A stretch of 35,849 nucleotides of DNA from an uncultured Dehalococcoidales bacterium (GTDB lineage: Bacteria; Chloroflexota; Dehalococcoidia; Dehalococcoidales; UBA2162). The stretch spans positions 1-35,849 of the forward strand of contig CAYGYD010000003.1 of assembly GCA_964354005.1 (NCBI GenBank), in the 5' to 3' direction. Of the stretch, positions 15,268-23,146 are shown one piece after another; within the stretch, counting starts at the first letter, position 1, and each line of letters begins with the position of its first letter. Below the pieces are notes generated by a model that had not been told where the DNA came from, did no database searches, and saw nothing but the letters and a program-made list of their open reading frames with translations. The position numbers and the translations under genes are program-made.

Positions 15268-16224
15268 TCATATCAGGTCGATGTACTGGTAAGTGCCGGC
15301 CTGTTTCGCTTTTCTATAGATAATTGTGGCTATCGCCACATCCTCAATGGCCAGGCCAGTGGCATCAAAGATGGTGATGGCCTCTTCATCTTTTCTGCCC
15401 GGCTTTTGACCGGCCACAATCTCGCCCAGGGTGCCGTAGACTTCATTCAGCGAATAAAGCCCTTTGGCAATGGGGACATTGATTTCACCGGCGGCACTGG
15501 CCTGTCCCAGGTCGTCAACAACGACAATGGCTTCCTTTAACAAGGAGGGCTCCAGTTCTTCCTTACCGGCGGCATCAGCACCTATGGCGTTGATGTGCGT
15601 CCCCGGCTGAACCCACTCTTTCTTGAGAATGGGCACCCGCACTGGAGTCAGAGTGCAGACGATATCCGAGGCGGCCGTTTCCTCCAACGAACATCCCCTG
15701 AGGGGAAACCGGGGCAGGGATTTGATTAGCCTGTCGACCGCCGCCGGGTAGATATCGTAGGCCTTGATTTGCTTGAGGTCGAAAAACTCGGCGTGTGCCA
15801 GTATCTGCGTGTAAGCCTGCCGCCCGGCACCGATGACGCCCAGGGTGTGCGCGTCCTTTCTGGCCAAATATTTCGCAGCAATAGCGGCTGTCGCTCCCGT
15901 GCGATAGGCAGTAATATCTGTGCCATCAATTATGGCCAGCGGATAACCAGTGCCCGGGTCGTTATAGATGATGACCGCCATTACCGTGGGTAAACCGTGT
16001 CCCGGGTTCTCCGGGTGGACATTGACCCACTTCATTCCCACCGCCCCTGGCAGGGAGGCTGGCATGGCTCGGAAATCTCCCCTATCCAAGAGAAGATATG
16101 ATTTGGCTGGCATCTTGCCCCGCCCCTCTGCCCAGTCCCGGAAAGCCTGCTCTATCGCCGGGATTACCTCGGACATCTTGAGCAGGTCTCTCACCGCATT
16201 CTTATTCAATAGAAGCGTGGGCAT
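15268..16224 (-). CDS. ornithine cyclodeaminase/mu-crystallin family NAD-dependent enzyme (OCD or archaeal-type alanine dehydrogenase-like)
   Basis: 318 aa. Matching segments are AYRTGATAAIAAKYLA, the Rossmann motif LGVIGAGRQA, and GTHINAIGAD. AAGGAGGA lies upstream. Confidence 0.85.
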   Translation of the reverse strand: MPTLLLNKNAVRDLLKMSEVIPAIEQAFRDWAEGRGKMPAKSYLLLDRGDFRAMPASLPGAVGMKWVNVHPENPGHGLPTVMAVIIYNDPGTGYPLAIIDGTDITAYRTGATAAIAAKYLARKDAHTLGVIGAGRQAYTQILAHAEFFDLKQIKAYDIYPAAVDRLIKSLPRFPLRGCSLEETAASDIVCTLTPVRVPILKKEWVQPGTHINAIGADAAGKEELEPSLLKEAIVVVDDLGQASAAGEINVPIAKGLYSLNEVYGTLGEIVAGQKPGRKDEEAITIFDATGLAIEDVAIATIIYRKAKQAGTYQYIDLI

Positions 16225-16407
16225 CTATTCTCTTCCTCCTTGTTGCTGGGGTATCGTGAATCACTAAACGCCCCGATTTATCATAATATCACAAATTATT
16301 GAGAGAAGGGTTGAGGTTGGCCAGGTCGAACTGGTTTAGATAGATTAGTGGCACTCAGCCTGGTAATCCGTGCCGCTTTTGGGAAGGCCTGACCCTATTC
16401 TCTTTAT

Positions 16408-16506
16408 CCCCTTCCCCTGAGAAGGGAAGGGGGAAGTAGTTTCAAAGAGGGGGGCTTTCGCCCCCCTCTTTCAGTTTTTTCCCCCCTCTCCTTGAAGGAG
16501 AGGGGG
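16408..16506. repeat. cluster of three tandem perfect GC-rich hairpins
   Basis: H1 at 16408-16432 is CCCCTTCCC-7-GGGAAGGGG. H2 at 16444-16471 is AAAGAGGGGGGC-tttc-GCCCCCCTCTTT, followed by a T6 run at 16475-16480. H3 at 16482-16506 is CCCCCTCTCC-5-GGAGAGGGGG, followed by ..GGGGGTGAGG. The cluster lies in a divergent intergenic region. Confidence 0.8.
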
Positions 16507-16580
16507 ACCAAGGGGGTGAGGACGACAGATACAGATAATGAGGATGAGGTGTCACTAATCATATGGACGAGCACACCAGC

Positions 16581-16610
16581 TTGACAGCCACCGAGGTCTG
16601 ATTTTAAGAT
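16581..16610 (+). promoter_or_regulatory. sigma70-like promoter (TTGACA-18-TAAGAT) for the MBL-hydrolase gene
   Basis: TTGACA at 16581-16586 and TAAGAT at 16605-16610. GGAAAGGTGG precedes ATG 16668. Confidence 0.5.
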
Positions 16611-16644
16611 AGCCGTATTGGCTAAAAGGCGAGGTCTTAAAATC
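16600..16644. promoter_or_regulatory. 10-bp perfect inverted repeat GATTTTAAGA-25-TCTTAAAATC overlapping the -10 box (candidate operator or leader hairpin)
   Basis: The arms are at 16600-16609 and 16635-16644. Each is preceded by GAGGTCT (16593-16599, 16631-16637). An inner hairpin TAGCC/GGCTA is present. Confidence 0.45.
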
Positions 16645-16667
16645 AAAAACTGGAAAGGTGGTTCACC

Positions 16668-17918
16668 ATGAGCGAGCGTATTGATAGGAGAGTCCGTTTT
16701 GACGAAATGGCACCGCCGCGTGATGAAGAATGCACGCCGGACATCTTTATGGTCAGCGGGTTTGGCAATACTGGCCTCATCTTTACCCCGGAGGGGGTGG
16801 TAGTTGTTGATAACACACCGCGGACAGCTGCCCGGGCCCTTGAGACCATCCGGGCAAGGACAGAACTGCCCATCCATACCATTATCTATACCCACGGTCA
16901 CGCCGACCACGCCTGGGCTACAGCGTCTTTCCTGGAGGATGCCAAGAAGAGGGGACATCCCAAGCCCAGGGTCATCGGCCACGAACTGGTGGCGGTGCGT
17001 TTCGAGCGCTATAAGAAGCTGGGTCGATACAACCGCTATATCAACCGCATCCAGAGCGGGCTGAGCTATGCACCCCCCTCGGATGACAGGCCCTTTTTGC
17101 CTACAGACGCTGTCTATCCTGATATCACCTTCTCCGATGCCATGCAGTTCAAGCTCGGCGGTCTGACCTTTGAGCTTTACCACTACCTGGGGGAAACGGA
17201 GGACGGGGCCTGGGTCTGGATTCCCGAGCGCAGGACGGCGATGGCCGGCGACCTGGTGGAAGGGTTCTGTCCCAATATCGGCAATCCCTTTAAGCTCCAG
17301 CGCTATGAGTTGGAGTGGGCCGAAGCCCTGGAACAGATTGCTGGCAAGAACCCCGATTTTCTCATTCCGGGGCACGGGCGCCTTCTCCGTGGCGAGCGAG
17401 TTAAAGAGGTGTGTCTGGATACGGCCAAATTCCTGCGCCATATCCATGATGAGGTCATACGACTCCTGAACGAGGGCTACTGGATAGAGGATATCCTTGA
17501 TAAGGTCAAGATACCGGAAGAGCTGGCCCAGAAGCGGTGGCTGGCGCCACGTTATGGTCATCCTACCTATATTATCCACGGCGTGCACCGTCGGTATGCT
17601 GGCTGGTTCAATGGCAACCCGAGCGAGCTTTTCCCGGCGAAGAGTACCGAGATTGCGGCCGAGGTGGTGGGGCTGAGTGGCGCAGGAGAGCTTCTGGCGC
17701 GGGCACGGCAGTTGCACAAAATAGGGAACATTCAGCTTGCCCTGCATCTGGCCGACTTCGTCGTCAAGGGTGCCAAAGACAATGCCCAACGCAAGGAGGC
17801 GTTGCGGCTGAAGGCGGAACTGCTGGATGCCAGGGCTGAGGCAGAAGTCAACACCATTGCCAAGAATATTTTTCTAGCTGGTGCTGAGGCGGCTGAGCAG
17901 GCAACTCGCTCTCTGTAA
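16668..17918 (+). CDS. MBL-fold metallo-hydrolase, alkyl/aryl-sulfatase-like (MBL plus dimerisation domain, no SCP2 domain, no signal peptide)
   Basis: 416 aa. The HxHxDH motif is YTHGHADH. ..WIPERRTAMAGDL.. and the C-terminal helical LALHLADFVV..KEALRLKAELLDARA..NIFLAGA match the alkyl-sulfatase dimerisation domain. Confidence 0.75.
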   Translation: MSERIDRRVRFDEMAPPRDEECTPDIFMVSGFGNTGLIFTPEGVVVVDNTPRTAARALETIRARTELPIHTIIYTHGHADHAWATASFLEDAKKRGHPKPRVIGHELVAVRFERYKKLGRYNRYINRIQSGLSYAPPSDDRPFLPTDAVYPDITFSDAMQFKLGGLTFELYHYLGETEDGAWVWIPERRTAMAGDLVEGFCPNIGNPFKLQRYELEWAEALEQIAGKNPDFLIPGHGRLLRGERVKEVCLDTAKFLRHIHDEVIRLLNEGYWIEDILDKVKIPEELAQKRWLAPRYGHPTYIIHGVHRRYAGWFNGNPSELFPAKSTEIAAEVVGLSGAGELLARARQLHKIGNIQLALHLADFVVKGAKDNAQRKEALRLKAELLDARAEAEVNTIAKNIFLAGAEAAEQATRSL

Positions 17919-17931
17919 ATTGCCAGGCAGC

Positions 17932-19176
17932 TCAGGTGGCGCTGGTGCGGAAACGCATTATGGCAATAATACCGAAGACGATAGTGAAGCCAGCCAGCGC
18001 TAGCATACTCGGGACGGCCCCGCTGAAATTGCCACCGAAGACCATCAGCTCATTGAAGCCAGTGTTTGCCCACCCGTGAGGCGTTATCTTGGCAATGAAC
18101 TGCATCCATTTTGGCGTGATGAAAAGGGGCCACCAGGAACCGCCGAGCGGCGCCAGCACCAGTGAGAGGAGTGTACCCAGAGCATTGGCGCTGCGCTCAG
18201 TCTTGGTCAGGGTGGCTAGCATAATGGCGAAGGCCGAGGACATAATCACCATCAGGATTGACAGGATAATCACTGCGGCTGGAGACAGCCCAAGGTTAAT
18301 CCGGAAAGCCAGGAGTCCGACTAACCAGAAGACGGCTATCTGAGCCAGGCCTTTAGCTACAGTGCCGGCAAACATCCCTGTCAATAGAGTCTCCCGCCGG
18401 ACCGAGCTGGCCAGCAACCTTTCTAGGGTATTGTTCTGGCGCTCGCGTACGATGATGCTGGCTGACTGTGCCGCAGCAAAGAAGGTAAACATAACCAGAT
18501 AGCCGGGGATAACATAGTTGGCCGGGTTCCAGGCCTCAACCTCCCCTACCTCTTCCGTCTTGAAACTAATCAATGGGGCACTGGCCGGTGTCCCGGGTGG
18601 GGCTGACAAGAGCTGTTGAATATCCGGCCCAATACCGGCCATATCGCCAGAAGCCATTCCCTCCTCTACCACCAGGCTAAGCGCCGCGGTAGTGGCTAAC
18701 TGCTGTGAACCGACCTGGGAGGCAATGCCACTAGCCAGCCCGTTGAGAGCGGCCCGGATATAGGTCTCTGCTGGGTCGACTACCACCTCAAGCTGAGCGC
18801 CGTAGCCCATCATCACGCTCTGCGTGAAATCGGCCGGGAAAGCCAGGAAACCGGGAAGTTCTTTATCGGCTACTGTTTGGCGGGCTTGCCCGTAGTCCTT
18901 GTCCCAGATGATTCTCGGTTCACCGGGCTTGAGTTGGGCTTCGTCCTTAGTCTCCAAGGCGCTTATTATCTGATGGCTCAAGCCGCCGGCGGCTTCCTGG
19001 GTAACCAGATGCAGGGTCAGCCGGGGGTCCTCGCCACCAATGCCGCGGAGCATGAAGTTGAACATCACGACGAAGAGGAAAGGGAATAGTATGAAGAAGA
19101 ACAACGCCAGACGGTCGGTCAGGAAGAGTTTCAGGTCCTTCAGGGCGATAAACCAGATATGGTTCAGTTGCTTCAT
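17932..19176 (-). CDS. ABC-2 type transporter permease
   Basis: 414 aa. It has an N-terminal TM helix, a large extracytoplasmic loop and then 5 TM helices (the ABC-2 membrane pattern). It is the last gene of the operon. Confidence 0.8.
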   Translation of the reverse strand: MKQLNHIWFIALKDLKLFLTDRLALFFFILFPFLFVVMFNFMLRGIGGEDPRLTLHLVTQEAAGGLSHQIISALETKDEAQLKPGEPRIIWDKDYGQARQTVADKELPGFLAFPADFTQSVMMGYGAQLEVVVDPAETYIRAALNGLASGIASQVGSQQLATTAALSLVVEEGMASGDMAGIGPDIQQLLSAPPGTPASAPLISFKTEEVGEVEAWNPANYVIPGYLVMFTFFAAAQSASIIVRERQNNTLERLLASSVRRETLLTGMFAGTVAKGLAQIAVFWLVGLLAFRINLGLSPAAVIILSILMVIMSSAFAIMLATLTKTERSANALGTLLSLVLAPLGGSWWPLFITPKWMQFIAKITPHGWANTGFNELMVFGGNFSGAVPSMLALAGFTIVFGIIAIMRFRTSAT

Positions 19177-19181
19177 AAGGC

Positions 19182-20363
19182 CTATCTACCTCCGGGGATA
19201 GCCCTGAAGAGAAGGCGGCTCAGAACCAGCCCAACGACCATAGCGCCAGCAATGATACCTATCTCTTTACCCAGGTGCAACAGAGAACTGCCTTCAGCAA
19301 TCAGGGCCAGAAAGGCATCGTTGGCGTAGGTATTGAGAGAGAACTTGCTGAGCTTGAAGAATAGAGTACCTTCAGCGGCTTGGTAAAAGGTGCCGCTGAG
19401 CATGACCATCACCATGGTGAACAACACAGCAATCCAGGTAGCCTGGTCGGGGGTGCGCGCGATGGCGGCAATGACTAAACCAAGAGCACTGGCCGCCGCA
19501 GCGAAGAGCAGGGCGATAACCAGCGCCTCCAGAAAAGAGAGGGGCGTGAACAGCTGGAACACCGCATAGCTCAGCACCAGCAAAATTAACGTCTGGACAA
19601 AGCCGCGGAAAATACCGGCCAGAAACTTGCCGACAAACAATTGCCCCGCGCTTAGTCGGGTGGTGAGCAGGCGTTCCAGTGTCCCCTTCCTGCGCTCCTC
19701 AACAATAGTCTGAGCGCTCAGGGTGATGGCGAAAAGGACGAACATGGTCAGGATACCCGGCAGGAACTGGTTGACTGGGTCGGGGCTGCTGCCGACGGTC
19801 GTTTCTGTAACCTGCACCAGAGGGGACTCGCGTTCCCGCTCTAGGAATTTCTGCACCGTAATCTCAATGTGGTCAGGGGAAATATTCTTTCCGGTGAGGA
19901 GGTCTTTGACCTGGCTTTGCACCTGAAATTCCTGGTTCATCTCCTCAACAATACTGCGGACGATACTGGCGACAATTTGTCCCTCCGCGCCACCGTTACC
20001 CCTTTGTTTGAAGATGAGCTGTGTTGGCTGCCCCGCCGCTAGCTGACTGGAAAAATCGCTCGGTATATAGATAACCATCAAGAGGTCAGACCTTTCCAGC
20101 TTGCCATCAGCCTCGGCACGGGAGAGCAAGCCAACATCCAGGCTTTCTAGCTGAGCCAATCTCTCCAGGAGAATGGTGGAATACTTACCATTTGGGTCTT
20201 CGTTCACGATTTGGGCGGTAGCGTGGAACTGGGATTGCCTGCCAAAGGCACCATACATTAGAGCGAAGATAGCTATGGGCAGGAGCAGGCTGAAAGCGAG
20301 GTCAGCTTTGTCCTGAAGGTAACTGCGTACTTCCCGAAGGGCAACGATTAAGGCTCTTTTCAT
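19182..20363 (-). CDS. ABC-2 type transporter permease
   Basis: 393 aa with the same architecture as its neighbour. EERRKGTLERLL is the conserved ABC-2 motif. Confidence 0.8.
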   Translation of the reverse strand: MKRALIVALREVRSYLQDKADLAFSLLLPIAIFALMYGAFGRQSQFHATAQIVNEDPNGKYSTILLERLAQLESLDVGLLSRAEADGKLERSDLLMVIYIPSDFSSQLAAGQPTQLIFKQRGNGGAEGQIVASIVRSIVEEMNQEFQVQSQVKDLLTGKNISPDHIEITVQKFLERERESPLVQVTETTVGSSPDPVNQFLPGILTMFVLFAITLSAQTIVEERRKGTLERLLTTRLSAGQLFVGKFLAGIFRGFVQTLILLVLSYAVFQLFTPLSFLEALVIALLFAAAASALGLVIAAIARTPDQATWIAVLFTMVMVMLSGTFYQAAEGTLFFKLSKFSLNTYANDAFLALIAEGSSLLHLGKEIGIIAGAMVVGLVLSRLLFRAIPGGR

Positions 20364-20372
20364 CCTATTTGT

Positions 20373-21122
20373 CTAGTCACGGAGACTGCGGCCCGTCAGT
20401 TTCAAGAAAACATCTTCCAGTGTTACTTTATCCGGCGGGCCAATCTGGGCTTTCAGGTTGTGGGGGGTATCCATGGCGATTATTTGCCCTCCGTCCATGA
20501 TGGCCACGCGGTTGCAGAGGCGGTCAGCTTCTTCCATATAGTGGGTGGTGTAGAGAATCGTCATCCCTTTGTTTTTCAGGCCGATTATTGTTTCGTAGAT
20601 ATTGTTCCGTGACTGTGGGTCGATGCCTACCGTCGGTTCATCGAGAAAGAGGAGTTCCGGGTGGCCCATCAGGGCGATAGCCAGGTTGACACGCCGCTTC
20701 ATGCCGCCGGAGAATTTGTCCACCTTGCCTTTAGCCCTCTCTACCAGGCCCATCAGCTCCAGATTGGCTATCGTTTGGGTACGTGCCTCCTGGCTATCAA
20801 GCCCGACCATCCGACCAAAAAAGACCAGGTTATCCATAGCGGAAAGGTCGGGGTAGAAGGCTAATTCCTGTGGGCAGACGCCAATTAGTTGACGCACGGC
20901 CTCGGCGTTTTCTCGGACGGAGTAGCCACCGATGGTGACATCGCCGAAGTCCGGTTCGAGAACCGTGGACAGGATGCGAATGGTTGTGGTCTTGCCAGCA
21001 CCATTTGGCCCCAGCAGGCCGAAGATTTCACCCTTATAGATGGTGAAGGATACACCGTTGACGGCCCTGTGTTCATTGAAGCTTTTGCGTAGGTTCTGCG
21101 CTACCAGAAAGGCTTCGGACAT
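20373..21122 (-). CDS. ABC transporter ATP-binding protein (DrrA/ABC-2 exporter type)
   Basis: 249 aa. Walker A is GPNGAGKTT, the signature is FSGGMKRR, and Walker B is LLFLDEPT. Confidence 0.9.
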   Translation of the reverse strand: MSEAFLVAQNLRKSFNEHRAVNGVSFTIYKGEIFGLLGPNGAGKTTTIRILSTVLEPDFGDVTIGGYSVRENAEAVRQLIGVCPQELAFYPDLSAMDNLVFFGRMVGLDSQEARTQTIANLELMGLVERAKGKVDKFSGGMKRRVNLAIALMGHPELLFLDEPTVGIDPQSRNNIYETIIGLKNKGMTILYTTHYMEEADRLCNRVAIMDGGQIIAMDTPHNLKAQIGPPDKVTLEDVFLKLTGRSLRD

Positions 21123-21171
21123 AGCTTACCACCAATCCCCGGTTGAGCTATTCCCGGCTCATTTAACCCAT

Positions 21172-21201
21172 ATTATAGGTCTCCGGGTGGGGTATTGACA
21201 A
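21172..21201 (-). promoter_or_regulatory. sigma70-like promoter of the ABC-2 operon (TTGTCA-18-TATAAT)
   Basis: On the reverse strand, TTGTCA is at 21196-21201 and TATAAT at 21172-21177. Confidence 0.55.
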
Positions 21202-21228
21202 GCTACTCAGGCTTAAGCGGCGCCGTCC

Positions 21229-21262
21229 CAAAAAGAGAGAGGCGGCTACGCCGCCGCCTCTC
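21229..21262 (-). terminator. rho-independent terminator after the acyl-CoA synthetase gene
   Basis: The reverse strand reads GAGAGGCGGC-ggcgta-GCCGCCTCTC followed by TCTTTTTGGG. Confidence 0.8.
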
Positions 21263-21290
21263 CCGGAAAGATTCGTTATTGATGCCATGA

Positions 21291-23027
21291 CTAAGCCTTA
21301 TGCAGTCGCTTCGCTTTGGCCACGAATTCGTCCAGTCTCTTCTTGATAGTGATTTTGTCAAACTTGCCGACACTGGTCTTGGGGATATCATCGACGAAGG
21401 CAATGAACTCAGGCAGCATCCATCTGGTTATCTTGCCCTTGTCGATGCCCTCGGTCTCCAGGAATTTGATGACATCAGTTTCGTTCTGCTTGGCGCCGGG
21501 CACCGGCTTGATGAGAGCCATCGGCCGCTCCCCCCACTTCTCATCGGGCACGCCGACATAGGCGGCTTCTAGGACAAAGTCGGCAGTGGCGGTGAGGTTC
21601 TCCAGGAGGACGGTGGGCACCATTTCAGCGCCACTCCTGATGACATCGGTGATTCTATCGGCAATGATGATGTAGCCATCCTCGTCAATCTTAGCCGCGT
21701 CTCCCGTGTGGAACCAGCCATCTCGCCAGGCAGTAGCTGTTCTCTCCGGGTCTTTGAAGTATTGCTCCATAATCCAGTGGCCCCGGAGTATTATCTCGCC
21801 GATGGTCTTGTTATCGTGGGGCACGGGTTTACCCTGCTCATCAATGACCATAGCGTCAATTCCGAACATCGGCAGGCCGGTCTTGACTCTAACCTGGTCC
21901 AGCTTTTCCTTGGGCCAGTTCACCATATTGCGCTTGATTGTAGCGCCGATTGACCCCGCCAGGGTTTCGGTCATGCCGTAGCCGGAGCCAACAGTAAATG
22001 TCGGGAAGAGGGCTTCCGCCTTGGCTTTCAAGCCCAGTGGCAGAGCGGCGCCGCCAACGGCCACCCCTTGCAGGCTACTGAGGTCCCACTTCTTGATGTC
22101 CGGGTACTCGATAAGCATTGCCAGCATAGTCGGGACCATGGCAGTGCTGGTCACTTTCTCAGTCTGAACCAGCTCACAGAAGCTTTCGGGAGTGAAGCGA
22201 CCGGGGAAGACTATCTTGCTGGCCGAGACGACATAGTACCACGGTGCGCCCCAGGCATGGATGTGGAAAAGTGGTACATTGACCATTGGCACATTAACCA
22301 CCGGTTCTGGTGGCATGTCAGGTAACCGGGGGGTCATAGACATGGCAGTCAATAGATGCAGGGTCTGTAAGTAAATCTGCCGGTGGGTGAACAGAACACC
22401 CTTGGGTAGGCCGGTGGTGCCGGTGGTATAAAAGAGGACGGCGTAGGTGTCTTCAGGCAAGTGTGGCCAGTCAAACTCGGCCGGCTGGTCTTTTATTAAT
22501 TCTTCGTAATTATAGAGTGGTTCTATTCTCGTTTGTGGTTTTCCGGGTTTATCTGATATGTAAATGAATTTCTTCACTGTGCCCTTTATCTGGTCGTAGA
22601 GCATATCCAGTAGTGGCAGAATCAGGTCGTCAACGAAGATAATGGTATCTTCAGCGTGATTTATGGTGTAGGCAATGTGCTGGAGGGAGAGCCGGACATT
22701 TATTGGGTGGGACACCGCCCCCATACCAACGGTGGCGTAGATGAGTTCCAGGTGCTGGTTATGATTGAGGGCCATAGCGGCAATCCGGTCGCCCGGCTGG
22801 CCTGGCTTCCCCGGCTTTACGCCCAGAGCTTTGAGGGCGTTAGCGAGTTTACAGGTGCGTTCGTACCATTGCCGCCAGGTAAATCTGTGGTACTGGCCGG
22901 CGTCAGTCCGGTAGACGATGCCGATATCATCAGGATAGAGGCTGAGTGGCCGGTTCATGAGGTTGGTGAGAAGTAGTGGGTAGTGTGTGGTGTACTCAGG
23001 ATAAGTCCTTCCTTCCGTCTTTGCCAT
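21291..23027 (-). CDS. AMP-forming acyl-CoA synthetase / fatty-acid-CoA ligase family
   Basis: 578 aa, trimmed to MAKTEGR (ATG 23027, GGGAGA SD). The longer ORF would overlap the upstream binding-protein gene. The AMP-binding motif is YTTGTTGLPKG; GYGMTE and a C-terminal ..PKTSVGKFDK are also present. Confidence 0.85.
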   Translation of the reverse strand: MAKTEGRTYPEYTTHYPLLLTNLMNRPLSLYPDDIGIVYRTDAGQYHRFTWRQWYERTCKLANALKALGVKPGKPGQPGDRIAAMALNHNQHLELIYATVGMGAVSHPINVRLSLQHIAYTINHAEDTIIFVDDLILPLLDMLYDQIKGTVKKFIYISDKPGKPQTRIEPLYNYEELIKDQPAEFDWPHLPEDTYAVLFYTTGTTGLPKGVLFTHRQIYLQTLHLLTAMSMTPRLPDMPPEPVVNVPMVNVPLFHIHAWGAPWYYVVSASKIVFPGRFTPESFCELVQTEKVTSTAMVPTMLAMLIEYPDIKKWDLSSLQGVAVGGAALPLGLKAKAEALFPTFTVGSGYGMTETLAGSIGATIKRNMVNWPKEKLDQVRVKTGLPMFGIDAMVIDEQGKPVPHDNKTIGEIILRGHWIMEQYFKDPERTATAWRDGWFHTGDAAKIDEDGYIIIADRITDVIRSGAEMVPTVLLENLTATADFVLEAAYVGVPDEKWGERPMALIKPVPGAKQNETDVIKFLETEGIDKGKITRWMLPEFIAFVDDIPKTSVGKFDKITIKKRLDEFVAKAKRLHKA

Positions 23028-23088
23028 TACTGTCTCCCTTCTAAATGTAGTTCCAATCCCTGCCTGTAGCGAGCCCCGTGCTTGAGAA

Positions 23089-23116
23089 ATGGGGGTGGAA
23101 TTGAAACCACCCCCAT
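23089..23116 (-). terminator. hairpin after binding-protein gene copy A (ATGGGGGTGG-8-CCACCCCCAT)
   Basis: A perfect 10-bp stem, followed on the reverse strand by TTTCTCAAG. Confidence 0.5.
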
Positions 23117-23146
23117 TGTAAACAAATCTCCCTTTGATGACAAGCC

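Noticed and set aside
16404-17789. 461-aa ORF on the minus strand
   Set aside because: It is the antisense shadow of the well-supported MBL-hydrolase gene (16668-17918). Its C-terminal part is just the translation of the three GC-rich hairpins (..PLSFKERGEKTERGG..). It has no SD and low-complexity composition.
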